NCBI GenBank assembly: GCA_963833095.1
Contig: CAWHWQ010000002.1
Coordinates: 256,001-320,000 of the forward strand
Length of the DNA stretch: 64,000 bases
Reading direction: 5' to 3'
Source: Vulcanimicrobiota bacterium
GTDB taxonomy: Bacteria > Vulcanimicrobiota > Vulcanimicrobiia > Vulcanimicrobiales > Vulcanimicrobiaceae
Under the pieces are notes generated by a model, which worked only from the letters and a program-made list of their open reading frames with translations, did no database searches and had not been told where the DNA came from. The position numbers and the translations under genes are program-made. Shown here in pieces: positions 19,080-28,519 of this stretch; position 1 is the stretch's first letter, and each line of letters opens with the position of its first letter.

Positions 19080-19744
19080 TTCTCGAACTTATACCCGACG
19101 CCCCACACCGTGGTGATCACGTCGCCGGCACCGGCTTTTTTCAGTTTGCGTCGTAGCTGGCTGACGTAGACATCCACGATATTGCTCGACCCTTCGAACT
19201 CATAATCCCAGATGCGCTCGAGCAAGTCCGCGCGGGTAAACGCAATTCCCGCGTTGCGAGCAAGAAACTCCAACAGGCGAAACTCGGTAGCACCCAGATC
19301 AATCGCTCGTCCGTCGAAAGCGACGCTTCGCGCCGACACGTCGACCACCAGAGGCCCCGCAGTGACGCGATCGATAATCGGCCGCGGCGCGCGCCGCGCG
19401 ATTGCGCGCAAGCGTGCAACGAGCTCCTCCTCGGCAAACGGTTTTACGAGATAGTCGTCGGCCCCGCAGTCCAAACCGGTGACGCGATCTTCGATACCAT
19501 CGCGTGCGGTCAACATCAAGATCGGCGTGGTGATACTGAGCGCGCGAGCCCGGCGCGCAATCTCGAAGCCATCGCGATGAGGGAGGCCAACGTCGAGGAT
19601 CGCCGCGTCGTAGGCGTCGCGCAAGAGAAAATCGAGGCCCGCATCGCCGTCGGTGGCAATGTCTACCGCGTACTTGCGCCGTTCGAGCATCGCACGCACC
19701 GCGTTTGCAACCGGCAGACTGTCCTCGACGACAAGGATGCGCAT
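19076..19744 (-). CDS. OmpR-family response regulator
   Basis: ILVVED, ILDVGLP, GADDYLVKPF, C-terminal TVWGVGY. Confidence 0.95.
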   Translation of the reverse strand: MRILVVEDSLPVANAVRAMLERRKYAVDIATDGDAGLDFLLRDAYDAAILDVGLPHRDGFEIARRARALSITTPILMLTARDGIEDRVTGLDCGADDYLVKPFAEEELVARLRAIARRAPRPIIDRVTAGPLVVDVSARSVAFDGRAIDLGATEFRLLEFLARNAGIAFTRADLLERIWDYEFEGSSNIVDVYVSQLRRKLKKAGAGDVITTVWGVGYKFEK

Positions 19745-19748
19745 AGAT

Positions 19749-20870
19749 TCAGAGATTCGGCGGCCAGGGAAAAGCTACTGTTAGCGCTCCCCCAAAGCTG
19801 CCCGTGCCCCCGATCGTCTGCACTTGCTGGAACAGTATGCGCGCATGCTTGAACAGCATGAACGCGCCATAGTATGTGACGTCCCGCGTAATGATGGGAT
19901 TCTGGTAGGCATCGTACCGCACGGCGAGATACGCGTGATCGCCGTCACCGACATAGTATTTCGCGCGCAAATAGCCGCCCGAGCTCCCGACAAGCGTACC
20001 GAAGCCGTCGGCATCGAAGTCACGCCCAAACCACTGCTCGCCCTGGAGTTGAAGCTGGCCGGCCGCAAACGATGTCCAAAAGCCGCCACGGGTGTATCCA
20101 TCGTCGAAGGGCGCCTTGCCGTTGAGTACGATCCGGCGCGTGCCTTCAAGACCCTCCACGCCGAAGACGAACGGCCCGCTGAGGACATGCGCGAAGAGCC
20201 CAACTTCGGGTGTTTGCGCGGACGTCGTTTCCCCGGTTGGAACCGGAGCGCCGCCGTACGCTGCGCCTTTGAACTCTCCCGTGTCCAAAACCGCATCGAC
20301 GACGGCGTTTCCGATTGTGCGCTCCACCTGCGCTCCGTAGCGTGGTGAAGACAGTGGCAAATCGTTGAGGCCTACGTGCGCGCCGTAGTAGCCGTATTGC
20401 TGCAAATCGTCTAAGCGTTGCCCCGGCGACTGTGACAGCGGGAGTTCGAAAAGGCCGGCGCGATAGAGCGTCTGCGTATGTCCGTTGTACGTCGCAAGAT
20501 AGCCCAAATACAGGCCTGCGGGACCGCCCTGCGCGCCCAAATTGTAGTGCACGAACGCACTGATCTTGCCGAAATCGAAGTTGCTGAGCACGATGCCGCC
20601 CGGGGTGTAGCGCGGGCCGTTCACCGGATCGACTTGATATTGCAGCTGGTAGCGAATCGCTATTCCGGTCGTTCCGTGGCGCGGCAGCGGCAGTTGATAG
20701 CCGTGCTCGCGAAAGGAGCGACCGAACGCATTGAGTTCGGGGATGACCGTGTGGCATTGTTCGCATTGGAACTGATAGCGCTGCGCATAGAGCGGGATCG
20801 CGGACGCAGGTTCGGCGCACGCGAAACCCGCGCACATCGCTACGATCGCGATGAGCAGTTTACTTGGCAA
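19749..20870 (-). CDS. Secreted protein with N-terminal CxxCH and probable beta-barrel
   Basis: Signal peptide, AIPLYA...CEQCH..PELNAFGR motif, followed by alternating aromatic-rich strands. Confidence 0.65.
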   Translation of the reverse strand: MPSKLLIAIVAMCAGFACAEPASAIPLYAQRYQFQCEQCHTVIPELNAFGRSFREHGYQLPLPRHGTTGIAIRYQLQYQVDPVNGPRYTPGGIVLSNFDFGKISAFVHYNLGAQGGPAGLYLGYLATYNGHTQTLYRAGLFELPLSQSPGQRLDDLQQYGYYGAHVGLNDLPLSSPRYGAQVERTIGNAVVDAVLDTGEFKGAAYGGAPVPTGETTSAQTPEVGLFAHVLSGPFVFGVEGLEGTRRIVLNGKAPFDDGYTRGGFWTSFAAGQLQLQGEQWFGRDFDADGFGTLVGSSGGYLRAKYYVGDGDHAYLAVRYDAYQNPIITRDVTYYGAFMLFKHARILFQQVQTIGGTGSFGGALTVAFPWPPNL

Positions 20871-21315
20871 CGATCACCCCTCGCATGCCGCCGCTGTAGT
20901 GAAAGAAGCAGCCGAAGAAATACGTGCCGGGCGCATCGGCGATGAAGACGCCCGAGGATTGTCCGGCTTGGAGCGTTCCCGCTCCCCAGCTGCCCGAGAT
21001 ATCCGCGGTGCTACTGGGCTGTAAGGCCGTCGACGAGAACGGCGATTGCGCCGGGAAGGTGGTCGCGCCCGGAATCGCCGTGACGGTGTGCGAGGTGTTG
21101 TCGACGTTGACGAAGCGCACGCCCGATCCAACCGGGATCGTGGCGACTTCGGGCGAGAAACCAAGGCCAGTCCCGCCCGGCGTTGTCTGCGCGCCGAATG
21201 CCGCGATGCTAACGTCGACCGTCGTAATGCTTGTCGCACCCGAACCGCCGCTTGCACCGGTAAGCTCGCCACCCGCAGTACATCCGCTTAGTAGCAGCAG
21301 CGCTAGCCACCTCAT
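20860..21315 (-). CDS. Cupredoxin-like lipoprotein
   Basis: Lipobox LSGC; HTVT and GCFFHYSGGM Cu ligands. Confidence 0.8.
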   Translation of the reverse strand: MRWLALLLLSGCTAGGELTGASGGSGATSITTVDVSIAAFGAQTTPGGTGLGFSPEVATIPVGSGVRFVNVDNTSHTVTAIPGATTFPAQSPFSSTALQPSSTADISGSWGAGTLQAGQSSGVFIADAPGTYFFGCFFHYSGGMRGVIVAK

Positions 21316-21818
21316 GAATGTTGTCTCGGCAACATGGTGCCGGCCACTCGGCCGTCGCTGCCGAGCACCGTGATGAAGGTGGTGTGCGCTTCCGCGTACC
21401 CATCTTTATCGCGCGCTACTCCGACCCCGAACTCGTGCATCAACTGATGCACCGATACGACATCACCGCCGGCGATGAGCCAATACGAAGGGTCGGCATC
21501 GAACGTGTGGGCAATGCGCACGAGATCGGCGTGCGTATCGCGTTCGGGGTCCAGCGTAATCGTCAAAAAGCGCAGATTGCCGTGCTCGCTTTTCTGGCGC
21601 TTCGCTGCAGCGGCAACCTGAGATTCGATAAGTGGACATACACCGTCGCAGTGCGCTGAAATGAACGTGACGATGAGCGGGCGCCCGCGTAGGTCATCGA
21701 GGGTGAAGTGTCGCCCGAGTTGATCGATCAGCTCCGGTGAGCGCTGAGCATGCTGTCCGCCGCGCGCCGCGGCGACCGCAACGATCAGTGCCGCGGCGGC
21801 GGCGAACATGCTGCGCAT
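21312..21818 (-). CDS. SCO-family copper chaperone
   Basis: CDGVCP (CxxxC), ITLDPERDT, conserved His (AHT); start ATG 21818. Confidence 0.9.
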   Translation of the reverse strand: MRSMFAAAAALIVAVAAARGGQHAQRSPELIDQLGRHFTLDDLRGRPLIVTFISAHCDGVCPLIESQVAAAAKRQKSEHGNLRFLTITLDPERDTHADLVRIAHTFDADPSYWLIAGGDVVSVHQLMHEFGVGVARDKDGYAEAHTTFITVLGSDGRVAGTMLPRQHS

Positions 21819-21819
21819 G

Positions 21820-22392
21820 TTAGCGCGGATTCCGGCTATGGATGTACGTGATGGGCGGCGCCGTCGGGCCGGATGTGGCGGCCGCAGGGAGCGCTGTGCT
21901 CCATGTCCCGCCGAAGCTCGTGATGCCGTTTCCGTTGTCCTGTCCCGAAGCAGAGTCGCCGCTGTACTCATAGAGTGGTGCGCCGCTATTGGCCCATTGC
22001 AGCGTTCCGTCGCCGCGCGTGATGATGGTAAACGACGTTCCCGCTGGGACAGTGGTTCCGGCAGGTGCCGCGTACGGCGGCCACACGCCGGTGCACCCAT
22101 TTGACGCTGTGCAATTCGAGACGCCGCTTGTATCGGCGCCGAACACGTAGAGTGTGTGTCCGTTCTGGCCTACGAGAACCATCGTGCTACCGACCGTCGC
22201 CGTTTGGGGCATGCTCGGCGGGTTGGTCGCTGCGGTCGTCGGGGCCGTGGTTGGCGACGTAGTCGGTGCCGTGGTCGGCGCAGTCGTCGCGGGTGTTCCC
22301 GTAAACGGCGTACCGCTGCTGCTTCCGCCACCACCGCAGGCTGCAAGCGTCGCGACAAGCGCGAATCCTGCGAATAAAGCTGCGCGTTGCAT
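21820..22392 (-). CDS. Secreted repeat lipoprotein (COG4315-like)
   Basis: LAAC lipobox; TLYVFGAD, C..WPP, RGDGTLQW, PLYEYSGD repeats. Confidence 0.8.
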   Translation of the reverse strand: MQRAALFAGFALVATLAACGGGGSSSGTPFTGTPATTAPTTAPTTSPTTAPTTAATNPPSMPQTATVGSTMVLVGQNGHTLYVFGADTSGVSNCTASNGCTGVWPPYAAPAGTTVPAGTSFTIITRGDGTLQWANSGAPLYEYSGDSASGQDNGNGITSFGGTWSTALPAAATSGPTAPPITYIHSRNPR

Positions 22393-22473
22393 ATTAAAAA
22401 GAGCCTCCAATGAAGTGTTGAGGCTCGCAGCGTACCGGTCAGTTCTGAAGAAAGTGTAAAGTCGTTTTACGGA

Positions 22474-23286
22474 TTACGGCGCGGCGATCGCGTTGCGCAT
22501 TTCAATCGCTAGACCATGAAGCGCGGGATCGTCGCTTGCATCGGCGGCAGCGCGGTCGAAGCACGAGCGAGCAGCCGGGCGATCCCCCTGATGGAGTAAC
22601 ACCGTACCAAGTGCAAACCGCGCTCGCGCGTAGTTTGGGGCGAGCGCCAGTGCCGCTTGAAATTCGCGCAGCGCGTCGGCGTAGGCGCCGGCGCGTACCT
22701 CGGTGAGGCCGAGATCGTAGTGCGCGACTGCATACTGAGGATCGTTTTGCAAGAGCTTGGAAAAATCGTCACGCGCCGCGCCGAGGTCACCGCTTTGCAG
22801 CGCGACCAGGCCGCGCGCATAGAGCGCGCGTGCCGAGTCGGGCGCAAGCGCAACGAAACGATTGGCCACCGTACGAGCAGCGGCCAGATCGCCGCGGCTC
22901 ACGTCGACGGCGATCAAGTTCGCCATAGCAGCAAGAAAGCCGGGATCGAGCGCAATCGCTCGCTCGAACGAACGAGCCGCATCGCCGTACGCAGCACTCT
23001 GTGCCTGCGCTATTCCTAAATCGTATGCCGCGGTCGAACCTTGCGGTTCGCGCGGACCCAGCGCCAGGATGCGCGTAAACTCCGCGCTTGCATCGTTCCA
23101 CCGATGCGCGTCGAGCGCAGCAAGGCCCAGATGAAAGCGTTCGATGATTTCACGCTGCACCGCTTGCGCGTGCATCGTTGCGGGCGAGGTACTGCGGGGC
23201 AGCGGCGATGCACCGTACGTTTGCGCAACGGCCGGGCTCGCAACGAACGCAAACGCGGCCGCGATTATAAACCAACGCGGACGCAT
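22474..23286 (-). CDS. Tetratricopeptide repeat protein, secreted
   Basis: Multiple AxYDLG/ARFALG TPR units; signal peptide. Confidence 0.85.
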   Translation of the reverse strand: MRPRWFIIAAAFAFVASPAVAQTYGASPLPRSTSPATMHAQAVQREIIERFHLGLAALDAHRWNDASAEFTRILALGPREPQGSTAAYDLGIAQAQSAAYGDAARSFERAIALDPGFLAAMANLIAVDVSRGDLAAARTVANRFVALAPDSARALYARGLVALQSGDLGAARDDFSKLLQNDPQYAVAHYDLGLTEVRAGAYADALREFQAALALAPNYARARFALGTVLLHQGDRPAARSCFDRAAADASDDPALHGLAIEMRNAIAAP

Positions 23287-23292
23287 TGGAAT

Positions 23293-23544
23293 CTAGCGCC
23301 GTAACCCGAGTGGAAGTTCCGCGCTCATCGCGTTCTTCGATGCGGCGGCTTGTTCGGGACGGCACAACCATCCGACGCGGCCGTCTTCGTTGATCGCACC
23401 GAGCAGAGGAGCCTGTGATGAAGGCACGAGCATGTCCGAACTTGCCGTTAGAACACCCGCCTCGACATAGGCGTAGCGCAGGCTTACTGCCGCGAGGAGC
23501 AGTAGACCCGCCAGGGCCAATCGAGCAACGAGGCGGCTGAACAT
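23293..23544 (-). CDS. Small membrane-anchored hypothetical protein
   Basis: 83-aa ORF with N-terminal TM, directly upstream of the TPR gene. Confidence 0.5.
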   Translation of the reverse strand: MFSRLVARLALAGLLLLAAVSLRYAYVEAGVLTASSDMLVPSSQAPLLGAINEDGRVGWLCRPEQAAASKNAMSAELPLGLRR

Positions 23545-23577
23545 CAGGATCAGTATAGACCAAAACCTGAGGAATCG

Positions 23578-25335
23578 ATGAAGCGCTCGTGTCTCGCATG
23601 GGCTACTAAGAGTGTGCTCTGCGCATTTTTGCTACCGCTCCTGGGCGCCGCACCGGCGCCGCTGGTCGTCGGGAGCGTGCGCGACCAAGAAGGCGCCCCC
23701 ATTGCTGGAGCACGGGTGCGGTTGGTCGGTTCGCCGGCATCGGGCGTCCAAACCGCTGCCGACGGCACCTTCGCGATCGAAGGAGGCGGGAACGCGGTGC
23801 AGATCCGCTGCGATTACTGCCGCCCGACCCAGGCTCCGGTTGCAGCTGACGGCACAGTTACCGCCGTGGTGCAGCGCTACGACGCAGTTCGCTTGGAGGG
23901 GCCTAGTCCAAGCGATGTGCGCAGTCTGCCCTACACCCATGCAGAATCGGACGTCGCGTTAACGCCGTTCGTCGTGCTCGAGGAGAGTACGAACCCGCTC
24001 CTCGGCGCCTCGCTGCGCGACCGCAGCGTCACCACTATCGGCGGATTGCTCGTGCTCGACGGTGTGCCGGATTACAACAGCGCGGTCGGGCTCTCGACGT
24101 TTTCGACGATTTCGTATGACAGCGCCGCGAACGTCGAGGTCGAACGCGCACCTCAGGGATACGAGTACGGCGACATCGCGAATTCGGGAACGTTTTCGAT
24201 CGACACGATCGGAGGCACCACGTCGTTCGCCGGGGGATCGAACACGATTGCTACGCTGGATGCAAACGGCCTAGGAGCCGGCTATTCTTCGGCTCCGCTT
24301 GACACGCGCAGTCGCATCGCCGCGCAAATTTCGGTTCCGGTGACGAATGCGTCGGCGCAAATTGCCCTCGCCAGCGGATCGGGCAACGTCAGCGGCGGTA
24401 ACGACAATCCACTGCAAAGCGCGTTCTCATCGCTTCACCTCTCCTACGAGCGCACGGCCGGGACCGACCTGTACGCCAGCTTTATCGCCGACCGCGGCAC
24501 CGATGCGTACACCTCTCCACACTACGGGTTGGATGACGCGTGGTCCGACGTTGACGCGCGGGTCGGCGTGCGCTCGCACGCTGTTGTTGCGCCCTTTGCA
24601 GAGATCGACGCACGCGAAAGCAGCGGCTGGTATTGGTCGCCGGCGCAAACACCCTATGTTGCAGGCGTCATCGATCAGCTGCGCGCCTACGCCGGCGTCA
24701 GCGCGAACCTGCCGTGGTATTCCGCGACGGTCGCGTACGGCGCCGACGCAATCCACTTCACCAATCGCTACCCCGGTGGAGCCAGTAGCGCGCTAGCCGG
24801 GCACGACGCGTCGGCATCGATCGACGTGCATCCAAGCCCCGTCTGGGATCTGGCCGCAAGCACGAGTTCGGGATACGTGCTCCAAACCGTCGTCGGCTAC
24901 TACGAGGCCAGCGACAACGACTATCCGCCCTCAAACCTGGTCAGTACCGACGAACTCGATCTCACGTTCCACGACTTGGCGCGTCTGCGCATCGGCTTGA
25001 CGACCTTCGGCACGCGCAGCACCTCAGGCGTCAACGATGCCAGCACCGGTGCACAGCTCGCCTGGCAAATCGCGCCGACCGTGAGTCTGCGCACGTGGTG
25101 GCTCGACGTGAATACGCATACCGCAGGTTCTGCGAGCGTCGGTTCGGCGTGGTTGACGGCCGTCAGCGGTGTCGTGCGCATCGATGTGATCTGGCGGCGC
25201 GATTTGCTCGATCTTGCCGGTGATGCACATCTCGATGGATCGATTAGCGGTCCAATCGGCGTCCGCACGCATTGGTTTGCACAAACCGAACAATTTGCAC
25301 ACACGCGCGTAACAGACGTAGGTATTCGCCTTTAG
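23578..25335 (+). CDS. Carboxypeptidase-regulatory-like domain plus probable outer-membrane barrel (TonB-receptor-like)
   Basis: GSVRDQEGAPIAGARV...TAADGTF N-domain; LVLDGVP plug-like motif; ends VGIRL. Confidence 0.6.
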   Translation: MKRSCLAWATKSVLCAFLLPLLGAAPAPLVVGSVRDQEGAPIAGARVRLVGSPASGVQTAADGTFAIEGGGNAVQIRCDYCRPTQAPVAADGTVTAVVQRYDAVRLEGPSPSDVRSLPYTHAESDVALTPFVVLEESTNPLLGASLRDRSVTTIGGLLVLDGVPDYNSAVGLSTFSTISYDSAANVEVERAPQGYEYGDIANSGTFSIDTIGGTTSFAGGSNTIATLDANGLGAGYSSAPLDTRSRIAAQISVPVTNASAQIALASGSGNVSGGNDNPLQSAFSSLHLSYERTAGTDLYASFIADRGTDAYTSPHYGLDDAWSDVDARVGVRSHAVVAPFAEIDARESSGWYWSPAQTPYVAGVIDQLRAYAGVSANLPWYSATVAYGADAIHFTNRYPGGASSALAGHDASASIDVHPSPVWDLAASTSSGYVLQTVVGYYEASDNDYPPSNLVSTDELDLTFHDLARLRIGLTTFGTRSTSGVNDASTGAQLAWQIAPTVSLRTWWLDVNTHTAGSASVGSAWLTAVSGVVRIDVIWRRDLLDLAGDAHLDGSISGPIGVRTHWFAQTEQFAHTRVTDVGIRL

Positions 25336-25368
25336 ACTTTCTTCATTCTTTCCGCAGATCGTGGAAGC

Positions 25369-25764
25369 ATGAAGCAACTTGCACTTACTCTCACGCTCCT
25401 TGCCGCGTTCGCAGTCCCCGCGGTGAGTCAAGAGCCTTCCACAATAAATATACCCATGCATGCGCTCAACGGGAGCGGCGAAGACGGTATGGCAACCGTC
25501 ACTCAGGGAACCGGCGGAATCAACGTCGTCGTCAATCTATCGGATGCATCTGATGTGTCGCAACCAACGCATATTCACATCGGGACGTGCGGCGCGATCA
25601 ACAAATCGCCGGAATACGCGCTACGCGACACGGTCGGCGGCAAAGGCGATTCGTTCGTGGCAGGCGTCAACCTCAGCGACCTGCTCAAAGGGCACTACGC
25701 GATCAACGTGCACAAGAGCGGCACGGATCTTGGCACCTACGTCTCGTGCGGAAATATCCGCTAA
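25369..25764 (+). CDS. Secreted CHRD/Cu-SOD-like His-rich protein
   Basis: PTHIHIGTC, INVHKS, VSCGNI; signal peptide. Confidence 0.65.
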   Translation: MKQLALTLTLLAAFAVPAVSQEPSTINIPMHALNGSGEDGMATVTQGTGGINVVVNLSDASDVSQPTHIHIGTCGAINKSPEYALRDTVGGKGDSFVAGVNLSDLLKGHYAINVHKSGTDLGTYVSCGNIR

Positions 25765-25768
25765 GAGA

Positions 25769-26311
25769 TCACTGCTTGTTTTCGAGCGTCTTGAGTGCCG
25801 CGATCGTGTTGGCTACGTGCTCGCTTGGATCCAGCGACGTGTAGCTATACACGATTGTGCCGTTCTGCGCGATCACGTACGACGTCCGATTGGCGTACTG
25901 CGGCTTCACCGCGAGAATCGAATCGTACGCCTTTTCAACTGCCTGATCGGTGTCCGCAGCGACGGCAAACGCGCTCCGGCATTCGCTGACCGAGAACTTC
26001 TGCAACGTGTCGAGCGCATCGTGCGAGACGCCGATCACCGTCGCATTCAAAGCTTTATATTGATCGATCGCGTCGGCAAAGTCGTGCGCTTCGATCGTGC
26101 AGCCCTTGGTGAAGGCCGCGGGATAGAAGTACAACACGACCGGCCCTTTTTTGAGCGCGTCGGCGAGATTAAACGTAAAGACATTGCCCCCGAGCGTCGC
26201 TTGTAGCGTGAAATCGGGCGCCTTGGTGCCGTTGGAAAGCGCGGCAAGCGCGGGAGCGCTCATGCAGACGGCAGCAAGCAAACCCGCGAGGAGGGATCGA
26301 TAAAACATCAT
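25769..26311 (-). CDS. Peroxiredoxin (BCP/PrxQ), secreted
   Basis: APDFTL, YFYPAAFTKGCTIEA (PxxxTxxC). Confidence 0.9.
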   Translation of the reverse strand: MMFYRSLLAGLLAAVCMSAPALAALSNGTKAPDFTLQATLGGNVFTFNLADALKKGPVVLYFYPAAFTKGCTIEAHDFADAIDQYKALNATVIGVSHDALDTLQKFSVSECRSAFAVAADTDQAVEKAYDSILAVKPQYANRTSYVIAQNGTIVYSYTSLDPSEHVANTIAALKTLENKQ

Positions 26312-26363
26312 ACACCCATTGCGCCCGACATGGGTTTTTGCAAGTGCGGAGAACCGTCGGGCC

Positions 26364-27113
26364 ATGTCTGAATGGATTCCCTACGAGACCGGCGATGCCC
26401 CTTCGCTCGAGGTTTCGATCGACGTCGACTTCGACGGTGATGATGACTTTAAGAAATCGCACCCGTTCCTGATACGAGTCAGCATCACGCACTTCGCCGT
26501 CGACGACGGTGGACAACCGACCGAGGCTGCCGCCGAAGAGCTCTTCGACCTCGAACAGCGCCTGGAATCCGCCTGCGAAGAAAATGATGCCGAGTCCGTC
26601 TGCACGATCAGCGGCTCGGGCAAATACGAGATCTTTATCTATGCCGCCGGCATGGAAGCGGCCGCTTCCCTGAAGGAGGACGCGGCGACCGCATCATTCT
26701 CTATCGACGTCACCGTCGATCGCGACGACGCATGGAAAGCCTACGACCGCTATATTCTGCGCGGCGAGGAGCTCGAGGACGCGCGCGACGCCGATCAAAT
26801 CGCACAAATGGACGAGGCAGGCGAGGATCTCACGCAAGAATTCGACGTCACGTTCGATTGCGAAGTTTCCGAAAAATCGGAAAGTGCGGCGAAACGCGCC
26901 TTGAATGACGCCGGCTTTGAGACACCGGCTGACGTCTACGACGGCGTCATTCCGGCGACACGCACGATGCTCGTGACCGTTGAGAATCTCAAAACGGCGC
27001 GCACGCAAGTCCTGCGCGCGATTGCGCCGTTTGACGGGACCTACGACGGTTGGGGCATCGACCCCGATGAACCTGAAGACGACGAAGACGACGACGAAGT
27101 CGAAGAAGAGTAA
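26364..27113 (+). CDS. Acidic DUF695/RraB-like protein
   Basis: DDGGQPT..EELFDLEQRL, D.D.W..Y and C-terminal YDGWG motifs; very acidic. Confidence 0.6.
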   Translation: MSEWIPYETGDAPSLEVSIDVDFDGDDDFKKSHPFLIRVSITHFAVDDGGQPTEAAAEELFDLEQRLESACEENDAESVCTISGSGKYEIFIYAAGMEAAASLKEDAATASFSIDVTVDRDDAWKAYDRYILRGEELEDARDADQIAQMDEAGEDLTQEFDVTFDCEVSEKSESAAKRALNDAGFETPADVYDGVIPATRTMLVTVENLKTARTQVLRAIAPFDGTYDGWGIDPDEPEDDEDDDEVEEE

Positions 27114-27118
27114 CCGTT

Positions 27119-27317
27119 TGTCATCCCGAGCGTAGTGATCCTGAGCGAGCGAAGCGAGTCGAAGGGGAACGTAGTCGAGGGACACACGCGACCCCCCAGC
27201 TCCAAGCATGAACAGCATACAAACGTCCTATCGCGTGCGTGCCCAAGAAGTTTCTCGTCGGTCCCTCGACTTCGCGGCTGAACGCAGAGCGTTCACCCCG
27301 CTACGCTCGGGATGACA
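27119..27317. repeat. Inverted pair of TGTCATC palindromic repeats (REPIN-like), left copy with a nested second repeat
   Basis: + copy 27119-27183 and - copy 27261-27317 between convergent genes. Confidence 0.9.
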
Positions 27318-27323
27318 AGGCGC

Positions 27324-28472
27324 CTACAAACCCATCATGCGGGCAAGCACCATGCGCTGCACTTCGTTGGTGCCTTCGCCGATTTCGTTGATCTTCTGAT
27401 CGCGGTACATGCGCGAGACCGGATACTCGTCCATAAATCCGTAACCGCCGTGGATCTGGAGCGCCTCGTTGACGACACGGTGCGACACCTCGCCGGAATA
27501 GAGCTTCGCTAGACTCGCAGTTTGTTCGAACTCGCGGCCTTCATCTTTTTCCCATGCGGCTTTGAGGACCATGAGCTTGGCGTGCTCGATTTCAGTCAGC
27601 ATGTCGACCAGCTTGAAAGCAATCGCCTGGAACTTGCTGATCGGTTTACCGAAGGCGACGCGATCTTGCGCGTATTGGAGCGCCTCGTCGTATGCACCCA
27701 TGGCTAGACCAACCGAGAGCGCCGCGACCGAGATCCGGCCGCCGTCGAGAATCTTGAGAAACTGGGCGAAGCCTTCGCCTCGCTCGCCCAGCAGGTTGCC
27801 CTCGGGCACCTTGGCGTCCACAAAGCTCAGCTCGCGCGTGTCCGACGCGCGCCAGCCCATCTTCTTATACTTCTTGCTGCGGGTGAAGCCGGGGGTGTCT
27901 TGGGGCATGATGAGGTTCGAGATCTCGGGTTTCCCATCGGGCCGCGTGCCGGTGACCGCGGTGATTGTCGTACCGCCGGTGATCGTAGTTCCCGAATTGG
28001 TGATGAAGGCTTTGGTGCCGTTCACGATCCAGCCGCCATCCCGTAGCGTCGCCTTGGTCTGGACGTTGCCGGCGTCGCTGCCCGCGTTGGGCTCGGTCAG
28101 GCCGAAGCCCCAGAGCATTTTTCCCTGTGCGAGCGGCACGAGGTAGCGCTGCTTCTGCTCTTCGGTCCCAAAAAGGTAGAACGGCGAGGCGCCCAGCGAG
28201 ATGTGCGCGGCCATCGTGATCGCGGTCGATGCGTCGATGCGCGCGATCTCCATCACCGCGAGCGCGTAGCTCACCGTGTCTGCGCCTGCGCCACCGTACG
28301 CTTCGGGAAACGGCAAGCCCATGAACCCGAGTTCGGCCATCTGCGCGACCAGCTCGTACGGGAAGGCTTCGTCCCGATCCATCTCCTCGGCACGCGGTCG
28401 CACCTCGTTTCGCGCAAAATCGCGCGCGAGGCGTTGGATTGCCTTCTGATCGTCGGTCAGGTCGAAATTCAT
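27324..28472 (-). CDS. Acyl-CoA dehydrogenase
   Basis: FGLTEPNAGSD, NGTKAFITN, QIHGGYG, IGEGTNEVQR. Confidence 0.95.
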   Translation of the reverse strand: MNFDLTDDQKAIQRLARDFARNEVRPRAEEMDRDEAFPYELVAQMAELGFMGLPFPEAYGGAGADTVSYALAVMEIARIDASTAITMAAHISLGASPFYLFGTEEQKQRYLVPLAQGKMLWGFGLTEPNAGSDAGNVQTKATLRDGGWIVNGTKAFITNSGTTITGGTTITAVTGTRPDGKPEISNLIMPQDTPGFTRSKKYKKMGWRASDTRELSFVDAKVPEGNLLGERGEGFAQFLKILDGGRISVAALSVGLAMGAYDEALQYAQDRVAFGKPISKFQAIAFKLVDMLTEIEHAKLMVLKAAWEKDEGREFEQTASLAKLYSGEVSHRVVNEALQIHGGYGFMDEYPVSRMYRDQKINEIGEGTNEVQRMVLARMMGL

Positions 28473-28519
28473 AGCCCGGAGGTATAGCTCGTGCCTTTAA
28501 GAAAAACCCTTTTGCAGCG

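Noticed and set aside
20737..20747. TCGGGGATGAC partial repeat match
   Set aside because: Short, no partner arm; part of the CxxCH-TVIPEL coding motif
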